DNA from: Paragordius varius
Lineage: Eukaryota; Animalia; Nematomorpha
Assembly: GCA_964247055.1 (NCBI GenBank)
Contig: OZ176051.1
Coordinates: forward strand, 372,001-436,000
DNA: 64,000 bases
Reading direction: 5' to 3'
This document shows, piece after piece, positions 41,901 through 56,100 of this stretch. Every line of letters begins with the position of its first letter. The stretch's first letter is position 1. The notes under the pieces are model-generated. The model was not told the DNA's origin. It ran no database searches and worked only from the letters and a program-made list of their open reading frames with translations. The position numbers and the translations under genes are program-made.

Positions 41901-44900
41901 CCCCATGGTAGTTCCATAATCACCCCAAATATTTTTGAGATCGGACTGTAAATGTAATTTTTATGAATTTTTTAAATATTTAAAAAATTTATTTTATACG
42001 ATTTTAAAAAAAATGGCTACCTAAAATCCAAATTTGATCAGGTGATGTCGCCATAATTTTCTTTGGGTAGCCCTATGGTAGTTCCATCATCACCCCAAAT
42101 ATTTTGGGGATCGGACTATAAATGTAATTTTTATAAATTTTTTAAATATTTAAAAAATTTATTTTATACGATTTTAAAAATAAAAATGGCTACCTAAAAT
42201 CCAAATTTTATCAGGTGATGTCACCATAATTTTTTTTGGGTAGCGCTATGGTAGTTCCATCATCACCCCAAATATTTTCGAGATCGGAGTATAAATGTAA
42301 TTTTTATGAATTTTTTAAATATTTAAAAAATTTATTTTATACGATTTTAAAAATAAAAATGGCTACCTAAAATCCAAATTTGATCAGGTGATGTCGCCAT
42401 AATTTTTTTGGGTAGCCCTATGGCAGTTCCATCATCCCCAAATATTTTTGAGATCGGACTTTAAATGTAATTTTTATGAATTTTTTAAATATTTAAAAAA
42501 TTTATTTTATACGATTTTAAAAATAAAAATGGCTACCTAAAATCCAAATTTGATCAGGTGATGTCACCATAATTTATTTGGGTAGCCCTATGGTAGTTCC
42601 ATCATCACCCCAAATATTGTCGAGATCGGAGTATAAATGTAATTTTTTTGAATTTTTTAAATATTTAAAAAATTTATTTTATACGATTTTAAAAATAAAA
42701 ATGGCTACCTAAAATCCAAATTTGATCAGGTGATGTCGCCATAATTTTTATTTAGTAGCCCTATGGTAGTTCCATCATCACCCCAAATATTTTGGGGATC
42801 GGACTATAAATGTAATTTTTATGAATTTTTTAAATATTTAAAAAATTTATTTTATACGATTTTAAAATAAAAATGGCTACCTAATATCCAAATTTGATCA
42901 GGTGATGTCACTATAATTTTTTTGGGTAGCCCTATGGTAGTTCCATCATCACCCCAAATATTTTTGAGATCGGAGTATAAATGTAATTTTTATGAATTTT
43001 TTAAATATTTAAAAAATTTATTTTATACGATTTTAAAAATAAAAATGGCTACCTAAAATCCAAATTTGATCAGGTGATGTCGCCATAATTTTTTTGGGTA
43101 GCCCTATGGTAGTTCCATCATAACGCAAATATTTTTGAGATCGGACTTTAAATGTAATTTTTATGAATTTTTTAAATATTTAAAAAATTTATTTTATACG
43201 ATTTTAAAAATAAAAATGGCTACCTAAAATCCAAATTTGATCAGGTGATGTCGCCATAATTTTTTTTGGGTAGCCCCATGGTAGTTCCATAATCACCCCA
43301 AATATTTTTGAGATCGGACTGTAAATGTAATTTTTATGAATTTTTTAAATATTTAAAAAATTTATTTTATACGATTTTAAAAAAAATGGCTACCTAAAAT
43401 CCAAATTTGATCAGGTGATGTCGCCATAATTTTTTTGGGTAGCCCTATGGCAGTTCCATCATCCCCAAATATTTTTGAGATCGGACTTTAAATGTAATTT
43501 TTATGAATTTTTTAAATATTTAAAAAATTTATTTTATACGATTTTAAAAATAAAAATGGCTACCTAAAATCCAAATTTGATCAGGTGATGTCACCATAAT
43601 TTTTTTTAGGTAGCGCTATGGTAGTTCCATCATCACCCCAAATATTTTCGAGATCGGAGTATAAATGTAATTTTTATGAATTTTTTAAATATTTAAAAAA
43701 TTTATTTTATACGATTTTAAAAATAAAAATGGCTACCTAAAATCCAAATTTGATCAGGTGATGTCGCCATAATTTTTTTGGGTAGCCCTATGGCAGTTCC
43801 ATCATCCCCAAATATTTTTGAGATCGGACTTTAAATGTAATTTTTATGAATTTTTTAAATATTTAAAAAATTTATTTTATACGATTTTAAAAATAAAAAT
43901 GGCTACCTAAAATCCAAATTTGATCAGGTGATGTTACCATAATTTTTTTGGGTAACCCTATGGTGGTTCCATCATCACCCCAAATATTTTTGAGATCGGA
44001 CTTTAAATGTAATTTTTATGAATTTTTTAAATATTTAAAAAATTTATTTTATACGATTTTAAAAATAAAAATGGCTACCTAAAATCCAAATTTGATCAGG
44101 TGATGTTGCCATAATTTTTTTTGGGAGCCCTATGGTAGTTCCATCATCACCCCAAATATTTTGGGGATCGGAGTATAAATGTAATTTTTATGAATTTTTT
44201 AAATATTTAAAAAATTTATTTTATACGATTTTAAAAATAAAAATGGCTACCTAAAATCCAAATTTGCTCAGGTGATGTCTCGATAATTTTTTTGGGTAGC
44301 CCTAAGGTAGTACCATCATCACCCCAAATATTTTGGGGATCGGACTATAAATGTAATTTTTATGAATTTTTTAAATATTTAAAAAATTTATTTTATATGA
44401 TTTTAAAAATAAAAATGGCTACCTAAAATCCAAATTTGATCAGGTGATGTCACCATAATTTTTTTTGGGTAGCCCTATGGTAGTTCCATCATCACCCCAA
44501 ATATTTTCGAGATCGGAGTATAAATGTAATTTTTATGAATTTTTTAAATATTTAAAAAATTTATTTTATACGATTTTAAAAATAAAAATGGCTACCTAAA
44601 ATACAAATTTTATCAGGTGATGTCACCATAATTTTTTTTGGGTAACCCTATGGTGGTTCCATCATCACCCCAAATATTTTTGAGATCGGACTTTAAATGT
44701 AATTTTTATGAATTTTTTAAATATTTAAAAAATTTATTTTATACGATTTTAAAAATAAAAATGGATACCTAAAATCCAAATTTGATCAGGTGATGTCGCC
44801 ATAATTCTTTTTGGGTAGCCCTATGGTAGTTCCATCATCACCCCAAATATTTTGGGGATCGGACTATAAATGTAATTTTTATGAATTTTATAAATATTTA

Positions 44901-46449
44901 AAAAATTTATTTTATACGATTTTAAAAATAAAAATGGCTACCTAAAATCCAAATTTGATCAGGTGATGTCACCATAATTTTTTTGGGTAGCGCTATGGTA
45001 GTTCCATCATCACCCCAAATATTTTCGAGATCGGAGTATAAATGTAATTTTAATGAATTTTTTAAATATTGAAAAAATTTATTTTATACGATTTTAAAAA
45101 TAAAAATGGCTACCTAAAATCCAAATTTGATCAGGTGATGTCTTTATAATTTTTTTTGGGTAGCCCTATGGTAGTTCCATCATCCCCAAATATTTTTGAG
45201 ATCGGACTTTAAATCTAATTTTTATGAATTTTTTAAATATTTAAAAAATTTATTTTATACGATTTTAAAAATAAAAATGGCTACCTAAAATCCAAATTTG
45301 ATCAGGTGATGTCGCCATAATTTTTTTTCGGTAGCCCTATAGTAGTTCCATCATCACCCCAAATATTTTTGAGATCGGAGTATAAATGTAATTTTTATGA
45401 ATTTTTTAAATATTTAAAAAATTTATTTTATACGATTTTAAAAATAAAAATGGCTACCTAAAATCCAAATTTGATCTGATGTCGCCATAATTTTTTTTGG
45501 GTAGCCCTATAGTAGTTCCATCATCACCTTAAATATTTTTGAGATCGGAGTATAAATGTAATTTTTATGATTTTTTTAAATATTTAAAAAATTTATTTTA
45601 TACGATTTTAAAAATAAAAATGGCTACCTAAAATCCATATTTGATCAGGTGATGTCGCCATAATTTTTTTTGGGTAGCCCTATGGTAGTTCCATCATCAC
45701 CCCAAATATTTTGGGGATCGGACTATAAATGTAATTTTTATGAATTTTTTAAATATTTAAAAAATTTATTTTATACGATTTTAAAAATAAAAATGGCTAC
45801 CTAAAATCCAAATTTGATCAGGTGATGTCACCATATTTTTTTTGGGTAGCGCTATGGTAGTTCCATCATCACCCCAAATATTTTCGAGATCGGAGTATAA
45901 ATGTAATTTTTATGAATTTTTTAAATATTTAAAAAATTTATTTTATACGATTTTAAAAATAAAAATGGCTACCTAAAATCCAAATCTGATCAGGTGATGT
46001 CACCATAATTTTTTTGGGTAGCCCTATGGTAGTTCCATCATCACCCCAAATATTGTCGAGATCGGAGTATAAATGTAATTTTTTTGAATTTTTTAAATAT
46101 TTAAAAAATTTATTTTATACGATTTTAAAAATAAAAATGGCTACCTAAAATCCAAATTTGATCAGGTGATGTCGCCATAATTTTTTTTGCGTAGCCCTAT
46201 AGTAGTTCCATCATCACCCCAAATATTTTTGAGATCGGAGTATAAATGTAATTTTTATGAATTTTGTAAATATTTAAAAAATTTATTTTATACGATTTTA
46301 AAAATAAAAATGGCTACCTAAAATCCATATTTGATCAGGTGATGTCACCATAATTTTTTTTGGGTAGCCCTATGGTAGTTCCATCATCACCCCAAATATT
46401 TTGGGGATCGGACTATAAATGTAATTTTTATGATTTTTTTAAATATTTA

Positions 46450-49400
46450 AAAAATTTATTTTATACGATTTTAAAAATAAAAATGGCTACCTAAAATCCA
46501 AATTTGATCAGGTGATGTCACCATATTTTTTTTGGGTAGCGCTATGGTAGTTCCATCATCACCCCAAATATTTTGGGGATCGGACTATAAATGTAATTTT
46601 TATGATTTTTTTAAATATTTAAAAAATTAATTTTATACGATTTTAAAAATAAAAATGGCTACCTAAAATCCAAATTTGATCAGGTGATGTCACCATATTT
46701 TTTTTGGGTAGCGCTATGGTAGTTCCATCATCACCCCAAATATTTTCGAGATCGGAGTATAAATGTAATTTTTATGAATTTTCTAAATATTTAAAAAATT
46801 TATTTTATACGATTTTAAAAATAAAAATGGCTACCTAAAATACAAATTTGATCAGGTGATGTCGCCATAATTTTTTTTGGGTAGCCCTATGGTAGTTCCA
46901 TCATCCCCAAATATTTTTGAGATCGGACTTTAAATGTAATTTTTATGAATTTTTTAAATATTTAAAAAATTTATTTTATACGATTTTAAAAATAAAAATG
47001 GCTACCTAAAATCCAAATTTGATCAGGTGATGTCGCCATAATTTTTTTTGGGTAGACCTATAGTAGTTCCATCATCACCCCAAATATTTTTGAGATCGGA
47101 GTATAAATGTAATTTTTATGAATTTTTTAAATATTTAAAAAATTTATTTTATACGATTTTAAAAATAAAAATGGCTACCTAAAATCCAAATTTGATCAGG
47201 TGATGTCACCATAATTTTTTTTGGGTAGCGCTATGGTAGTTCCATCATCACCCCAAATATTTTCGAGATCGGAGTATAAATGTAATTTTTATGGATTTTA
47301 TAAATATTTAAAAAATTAATTTTATACGATTTTAAAAATAAAAATGGCTACCTAAAATCCATATTTGATCAGGTGATGTCGCCATAATTTTTTTTGGGTA
47401 GCCCTATGGTAGTTCCATCATCACCCCAAATATTTTGGGGATCGGACTATAAATGTAATTTTTATGATTTTTTTAAATATTTAAAAAATTTATTTTATAC
47501 GATTTTAAAAATAAAAATGGCTACCTAAAATCCAAATTTGATCAGGTGATGTCACCATATTTTTTTTGGGTAGCGCTATGGTAGTTCCATCATCACCCCA
47601 AATATTTTCGAGATCGGAGTATAAATGTAATTTTTATGAATTTTTTAAATATTTAAAAAATTTATTTTATACGATTTTAAAAATAAAAATGGCTACCTAA
47701 AATACAAATTTGATCAGGTGATGTCGCCATAATTTTTTTTGGGTAGCCCTATGGTAGTTCCATCATCCCCAAATATTTTTGAGATCGGACTTTAAATGTA
47801 ATTTTTATGAATTTTTTAAATATTTAAAAAATTTATTTTATACGATTTTAAAAATAAAAATGGCTACCTAAAATCCAAATTTGATCAGGTGATGTCGCCA
47901 TAATTTTTTTTGGGTAGACCTATAGTAGTTCCATCATCACCCCAAATATTTTTGAGATCGGAGTATAAATGTAATTTTTATGAATTTTTTAAATATTTAA
48001 AAAATTTATTTTATACGATTTTAAAAATAAAAATGGCTACCTAAAATCCAAATTTGATCAGGTGATGTCACCATAATTTTTTTTGGGTAGCGCTATGGTA
48101 GTTCCATCATCACCCCAAATATTTTCGAGATCGGAGTATAAATGTAATTTTTATGGATTTTATAAATATTTAAAAAATTAATTTTATACGATTTTAAAAA
48201 TAAAAATGGCTACCTAAAATCCAAATTTGATCAGGTGATGTCGCCATAATTTTTTTTGGGTAGCCCCATGGTAGTTCCATAATCACCCCAAATATTTTGG
48301 GGATCGGACTATAAATGTAATTTTTATAAATTTTTTAAATATTTAAAAAATTTATTTTATACAATTTTAAAAATAAAAATGGCTACCTAAAATCCAAATT
48401 TGATCAGGTGATGTTGCCATAATTTTTTTTGGATAGCCCTATAGTAGTTCCATCATCACCCCAAATATTTTTGAGATCGGACTATAATTGTAATTTTTAT
48501 GAATTTTTTAAATATTTAAAAAATTTATTTTATACGATTTTAAAAATAAAAATGGCTACCTAAAATACAAATTTGATCAGGTGATGTCACCAGAATTTTT
48601 TTTGGGTAGCCCTATGGTAGTTCCATCATCACCCCAATATTTTCGAGATCGGAGTATAAATGTAATTTTTATGAATTTTTTAAATATTTAAAAAATTTAT
48701 TTTATACGATTTTAAAAATAAAAATGGCTACCTAAAATCCAAATTTGATCAGGTGATGTAACCAAAATTTTTTTTTGGTAGCCCTATGGTAGTTCCATCA
48801 TCACCCCAAATATTGTTGAGATCGGAGTATAAATGTAAATTTTTTGAATTTTTTAAATATTTAAAAAATTTATTTTATACGATTTTAAAAATAAAAATGG
48901 CTACCTAAAATCCAAATTTGATTGGGTGATGTCACCATAATTTTTTTTTGGTAGCCCTATGGTAGTTCCATCATCACCCCAAATATTGTCGAGATAGGAG
49001 TATAAATGTAAATTTTTTGAATTTTTTAAATATTTAAAAAATTTATTTTATACAATTTTAAAATAAAAAATGGCTACCTAAAATCCAAATTTGATCAGGT
49101 GATGTTGCCATAATTTTTTTTGGGTAGCCCTATAGTAGTTCCATCATCACCCCAAATATTTTTGAGATCGGACTTTAAATGTAATTTTTATGAATTTTTT
49201 AAATATTTAAAAAAATTATTTTATACGATTTTAAAAATTAAAATGGCTACCTAAAATCCAAATTTGATCAGGTGATGTCGCCATAATTTTTTTTGGGTAG
49301 CCCCATGGTAGTTCCATAATCACCCCAAATATTTTGGGGATCGGACTATAAATGTAATTTTTATAAATTTTTTAAATATTTAAAAAATTTATTTTATACG

Positions 49401-51290
49401 ATTTTAAAAATAAAAATGGCTACCTAAAATCCAAATTTGATCAGGTGATGTCACCATATTTTTTTTGGGTAGCGCTATGGTAGTTCCATCATCACCCCAA
49501 ATATTTTGGGGATCGGACTATAAATGTAATTTTTATGATTTTTTTAAATATTTAAAAAATTTATTTTATACGATTTTAAAAATAAAAATGGCTACCTAAA
49601 ATCCAAATTTGATCAGGTGATGTCACCATATTTTATTTGGGTAGCGCTATGGTAGTTCCATCATCACCCCAAATATTTTCGAGATCGGAGTATAAATGTA
49701 ATTTTTATGAATTTTTTAAATATTTAAAAAATTTATTTTATACGATTTTAAAAATAAAAATGGCTACCTAAAATACAAATTTGATCAGGTGATGTCGCCA
49801 TAATTTTTTTTGGGTAGCCCTATGGTAGTTCCATCATCCCCAAATATTTTTGAGATCGGACTTTAAATGTAATTTTTATGAATTTTTTAAATATTTAAAA
49901 AATTTATTTTATACGATTTTAAAAATAAAAATGGCTACCTAAAATCCAAATTTGATCAGGTGATGTCGCCATAATTTTTTTTGGGTAGACCTATAGTAGT
50001 TCCATCATCACCCCAAATATTTTTGAGATCGGAGTATAAATGTAATTTTTATGAATTTTTTAAATATTTAAAAAATTTATTTTATACGATTTTAAAAATA
50101 AAAATGGCTACCTAAAATCCAAATTTGATCAGGTGATGTCACCATAATTTTTTTTGGGTAGCGCTATGGTAGTTCCATCATCACCCCAAATATTTTCGAG
50201 ATCGGAGTATAAATGTAATTTTTATGGATTTTATAAATATTTAAAAAATTAATTTTATACGATTTTAAAAATAAAAATGGCTACCTAAAATCCATATTTG
50301 ATCAGGTGATGTCGCCATAATTTTTTTTGGGTAGCCCTATGGTAGTTCCATCATCACCCCAAATATTTTGGGGATCGGACTATAAATGTAATTTTTATGA
50401 TTTTTTTAAATATTTAAAAAATTTATTTTATACGATTTTAAAAATAAAAATGGCTACCTAAAATCCAAATTTGATCAGGTGATGTCACCATATTTTTTTT
50501 GGGTAGCGCTATGGTAGTTCCATCATCACCCCAAATATTTTCGAGATCGGAGTATAAATGTAATTTTTATGAATTTTTTAAATATTTAAAAAATTTATTT
50601 TATACGATTTTAAAAATAAAAATGGCTACCTAAAATACAAATTTGATCAGGTGATGTCGCCATAATTTTTTTTGGGTAGCCCTATGGTAGTTCCATCATC
50701 CCCAAATATTTTTGAGATCGGACTTTAAATGTAATTTATATGAATTTTTTAAATATTTAAAAAATTTATTTTATACGATTTTAAAAATAAAAATGGCTAC
50801 CTAAAATCCAAATTTGATCAGGTGATGTCGCCATAATTTTTTTTGGGTAGACCTATAGTAGTTCCATCATCACCCCAAATATTTTTGAGATCGGAGTATA
50901 AATGTAATTTTTATGAATTTTTTAAATATTTAAAAAATTTATTTTATACGATTTTAAAAATAAAAATGGCTACCTAAAATCCAAATTTGATCAGGTGATG
51001 TCACCATAATTTTTTTTGGGTAGCGCTATGGTAGTTCCATCATCACCCCAAATATTTTCGAGATCGGAGTATAAATGTAATTTTTATGGATTTTATAAAT
51101 ATTTAAAAAATTAATTTTATACGATTTTAAAAATAAAAATGGCTACCTAAAATCCAAATTTGATCAGGTGATGTCGCCATAATTTTTTTTGGGTAGCCCC
51201 ATGGTAGTTCCATAATCACCCCAAATATTTTGGGGATCGGACTATAAATGTAATTTTTATAAATTTTTTAAATATTTAAAAAATTTATTT
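46450..51290 (+). repeat. 5-monomer tandem pair (862 bp) re-duplicated at offset 2933 bp (17 monomers)
   Basis: The GTAGACC marker occurs at 47056, 47918, 49989 and 50851. Confidence 0.85.
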
Positions 51291-53189
51291 TATACAATTT
51301 TAAAAATAAAAATGGCTACCTAAAATCCAAATTTGATCAGGTGATGTAACCAAAATTTTTTTTTGGTAGCCCTATGGTAGTTCCATCATCACCCCAAATA
51401 TTGTCGAGATCGGAGTATAAATGTAAATTTTTTGAATTTTTTAAATATTTAAAAAATTTATTTTATACGATTTTAAAAATAAAAATGGCTACCTAAAATC
51501 CAAATTTGATTGGGTGATGTCACCATAATTTTTTTTTGGTAGCCCTATGGTAGTTCCATCATCACCCCAAATATTGTCGAGATCGGAGTATAAATGTAAA
51601 TTTTTTGAATTTTTTAAATATTTAAAAAATTTATTTTATACAATTTTAAAATACAAAATGGCTACCTAAAATCCAAATTTGATCAGGTGATGTTGCCATA
51701 ATTTTTTTTGGGTAGCCCTATAGTAGTTCCATCATCACCCCAAATATTTTTGAGATCGGACTTTAAATGTAATTTTTATGAATTTTTTAAATATTTCAAA
51801 AAATTATTTTATACGATTTTAAAAATTAAAATGGCTACCTAAAATCCAAATTTGATCAGGTGATGTCGCCATAATTTTTTTTGGGTAGCCCCATGGTAGT
51901 TCCATAATCACCCCAAATATTTTGGGGATCGGACTATAAATGTAATTTTTATAAATTTTTTAAATATTTAAAAAATTTATTTTATACGATTTTAAAAATA
52001 AAAATGGCTACCTAAAATCCAAATTTGATCAGGTGATGTTGCCATAATTTTTTTTGGGTAGCCCTATAGTAGTTCCATCATCAACCCAAATATTTTTGAG
52101 ATCGGACTATAATTGTAATTTTTATGAATTTTTTAAATATTTAAAAAATTTATTTTATACGATTTTAAAAATAAAAATGGCTACCTAAAATCCAAATTTG
52201 ATCAGGTGATGTCGCCATAATTTTTTTTGGGTAGACCTATAGTAGTTCCATCATCACCCCAAATATTTTTGAGATCGGAGTATAAATGTAATTTTTATGA
52301 ATTTTTTAAATATTTAAAAAATTTATTTTATACGATTTTAAAAATAAAAATGGCTACCTAAAATCCAAATTTGATCAGGTGATGTCACCATAATTTTTTT
52401 TGGGTAGCGCTATGGTAGTTCCATCATCACCCCAAATATTTTCGAGATCGGAGTATAAATGTAATTTTTATGGATTTTATAAATATTTAAAAAATTAATT
52501 TTATACGATTTTAAAAATAAAAATGGCTACCTAAAATCCAAATTTGATCAGGTGATGTCGCCATAATTTTTTTTGGGTAGCCCCATGGTAGTTCCATAAT
52601 CACCCCAAATATTTTGGGGATCGGACTATAAATGTAATTTTTATAAATTTTTTAAATATTTAAAAAATTTATTTTATACAATTTTAAAAATAAAAATGGC
52701 TACCTAAAATCCAAATTTGATCAGGTGATGTCACCATAATTTTTTTTGGGTAACCCTATGGTGGTTCCATCATCACCCTAAATATTTTTGAGATCGGAGT
52801 ATAAATGTAATTTTTATGAATTTTTTAAATATTTAAAAAATTTATTTTATACGATTTTAAAAATAAAAATGGCTACCTAAAATCCAAATTTGATCAGGTG
52901 ATGTTGCCATAATTTTTTTTGGGTAGCCCTATGGTAGTTCCATCATAACCCCAAATATTTTTGAGATCGGACTTTAAATGTAATTTTCATGAATTTTTTA
53001 AATATTTAAAAAATTTATTTTATACAATTTAAAAATAAAAATGGCTACCTAAAATCCAAATTTGATCAGGTGATGTTGCCATAATTTTTTTTGGGTAGCC
53101 CTAGAGTAGTTCCATCATCACCCCAAATATTTTTGAGATCGGACTATAATTGTAATTTTTATGAATTTTTTAAATATTTAAAAAATTTA

Positions 53190-56100
53190 TTTTATACGAT
53201 TTTAAAAATAAAAATGGCTACCTAAAATACAAATTTGATCAGGTGATGTCACCATAATTTTTTTTGGGTAGCCCTATGGTAGTTCCATCATCACCCCAAT
53301 ATTTTCGAGATCGGAGTATAAATGTAATTTTTATGAATTTTTTAAATATTTAAAAAATTTATTTTATACGATTTTAAAAATAAAAATGGCTACCTAAAAT
53401 CCAAATTTGATAAGGTGATGTCACCATAATTTTTTTTTGGTAGCCCTATGGTAGTTCCATCATCACCCCAAATATTGTCGAGATCGGAGTATAAGTGTAA
53501 ATTTTTTGAATTTTTTAAATATTTAAAAAATTTATTTTATACGATAATAAAAATAAAAATGGCTACCTAAAATCCAAATTTGATCAGGTGATGTCACCAT
53601 AATTTTTTTTTGGTAGCCCTATGGTAGTTCCATCATCACCCCAAATATTGTCGAGATCGGAGTATAAATGTAAATTTTTTGAATTTTTTAAATATTTAAA
53701 AAATTTATTTTATACGATTTTAAAAATAAAAATGGCTACCTAAAATCCAAATTTGATCAGGTGATGTCACCAAAATTTTTTTTTGGTAGCCCTATGGTAG
53801 TTCCATCATCACCCCAAATATTGTCGAGATCGGAGTATAAATGTAAATTTTTTGAATTTTTTAAATATTTAAAAAATTTATTTTATACGATTTTAAAAAT
53901 AAAAATGGCTACCTAAAATCCAAATTTGATTGGGTGATGTCACCATAATTTTTTTTTGGCAGCCCTATGGTAGTTCCATCATCACCCCAAATATTGTCGA
54001 GATCGGAGTATAAATGTAAATTTTTTGAATTTTTTAAATATTTAAAAAATTTATTTTATACAATTTTAAAATAAAAAATGGCTACCTAAAATCCAAATTT
54101 GATCAGGTGATGTTGCCATAATTTTTTTTGGGTAGCCCTATAGTAGTTCCATCATCACCCCAAATATTTTTGAGATCGGACTTTAAATGTAATTTTTATG
54201 AATTTTTTAAATATTTAAAAAAATTATTTTATACGATTTTAAAAATTAAAATGGCTACCTAAAATCCAAATTTGATCAGGTGATGTCGCCATAATTTTTT
54301 TTGGGTAGCCCCATGGTAGTTCCATAATCACCCCAAATATTTTGGGGATCGGACTATAAATGTAATTTTTATAAATTTTTTAAATATTTAAAAAATTTAT
54401 TTTATACGATTTTAAAAATAAAAATGGCTACCTAAAATCCAAATTTGATCAGGTGATGTTGCCATAATTTTTTTTGGGTAGCCCTATAGTAGTTCCATCA
54501 TCAACCCAAATATTTTTGAGATCGGACTATAATTGTAATTTTTATGAATTTTTTAAATATTTAAAAAATTTATTTTATACGATTTTAAAAATAAAAATGG
54601 CTACCTAAAATCCAAATTTGATCAGGTGATGTCACCATAATTTTTTTTGAGTAGCGCTATGGTAGTTCCATCATCACCCCAAATATTTTCGAGATCGGAG
54701 TATAAATGTAATTTTAATGAATTTTTTAAATATTTAAAAAATTTATTTTATACGATTTTAAAAATAAAAATGGCTACCTAAAATCCAAATTTGATCAGGT
54801 GATGTCGCCATAATTTTTTTTGGGTAGCCCTATGGTAGTTCCATCATCACCCCAAATATTTTGGGGATCGGACTATAAATGTAATTTTTATAAATTTTTT
54901 AAATATTTAAAAAATTTATTTTATACGATTTTAAAAATAAAAATGGCTGCCTAAAATCCAAATTTGATCAGGTGATGTCACCATAATTTTTTTTGGGTAG
55001 CGCTATGGTAGTTCCATCATCACCCCAAATATTTTCGAGATCGGAGTATAAATGTAATTTTTATGCATTTTTTAAATATTTAAAAAATTTATTTTATACG
55101 ATTTTAAAAATAAAAATGGCTACCTAAAATCCAAATTTGATCAGGTGATGTCGCCATAATTTTTTTGGGTAGCCCTATGGCAGTTCCATCATCCCCAAAT
55201 ATTTTTGAGATCGGACTTTAAATGTAATTTTTATGAATTTTTTAAATATTTAAAAAATTTATTTTATACGATTTTAAAAATAAAAATGGCTACCTAAAAT
55301 CCAAATTTGATCAGGTGATGTCACCATAATTTTTTTTGGGTAACCCTATGGTGGTTCCATCATCACCCCGAATATTTTTGAGATCGGAGTATAAATGTAA
55401 TTTTTATGAATTTTTTAAATATTTAAAAAATTTATTTTATACGATTTTAAAAATAAAAATGGCTACCTAAAATCCAAATTTGATCAGGTGATGTCGCCAT
55501 AATTTTTTTGGGTAGCCCTATAGTAGTTCCATCATCACCCCAAATATTTTTGAGATCGGAGTATAAATGTAATTTTTATGAATTTTTTAAATATTTAAAA
55601 AATTTATTTTATACGATTTTAAAAATAAAAATGGCTACCTAAAATCCATATTTGATCAGGTGATGTCGCCATAATTTTTTTTGGGTAGCCCTATGGTAGT
55701 TCCATCATCACCCTAAATATTTTTGAGATCGGAGTATAAATGTAATTTTTATGGATTTTATAAATATTTAAAAAATTTATTTTATACGATTTTAAAAATA
55801 AAAATGGCTACCTAAAATCCATATTTGATCAGGTGATGTTGCCATAATTTTTTTTGGGTAGCCCTATGGTAGTTCCATCATAACCCCAAATATTTTTGAG
55901 ATCGGACTTTAAATGTAATTTTCATGAATTTTTTAAATATTTAAAAAATTTATTTTATACAATTTTAAAAATAAAAATGGCTACCTATAATCCAAATTTG
56001 ATCAGGTGATGTTGCCATAATTTTTTTTGGGTAGCCCTAGAGTAGTTCCATCATCACCCCAAATATTTTTGAGATCGGACTATAATTGTAATTTTTATGA

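Noticed and set aside
53950-54955. GGCAGCC and GGCTGCC as a compensatory pair in stem A
   Set aside because: They occur in different monomers about 1 kb apart, so they are not covarying.
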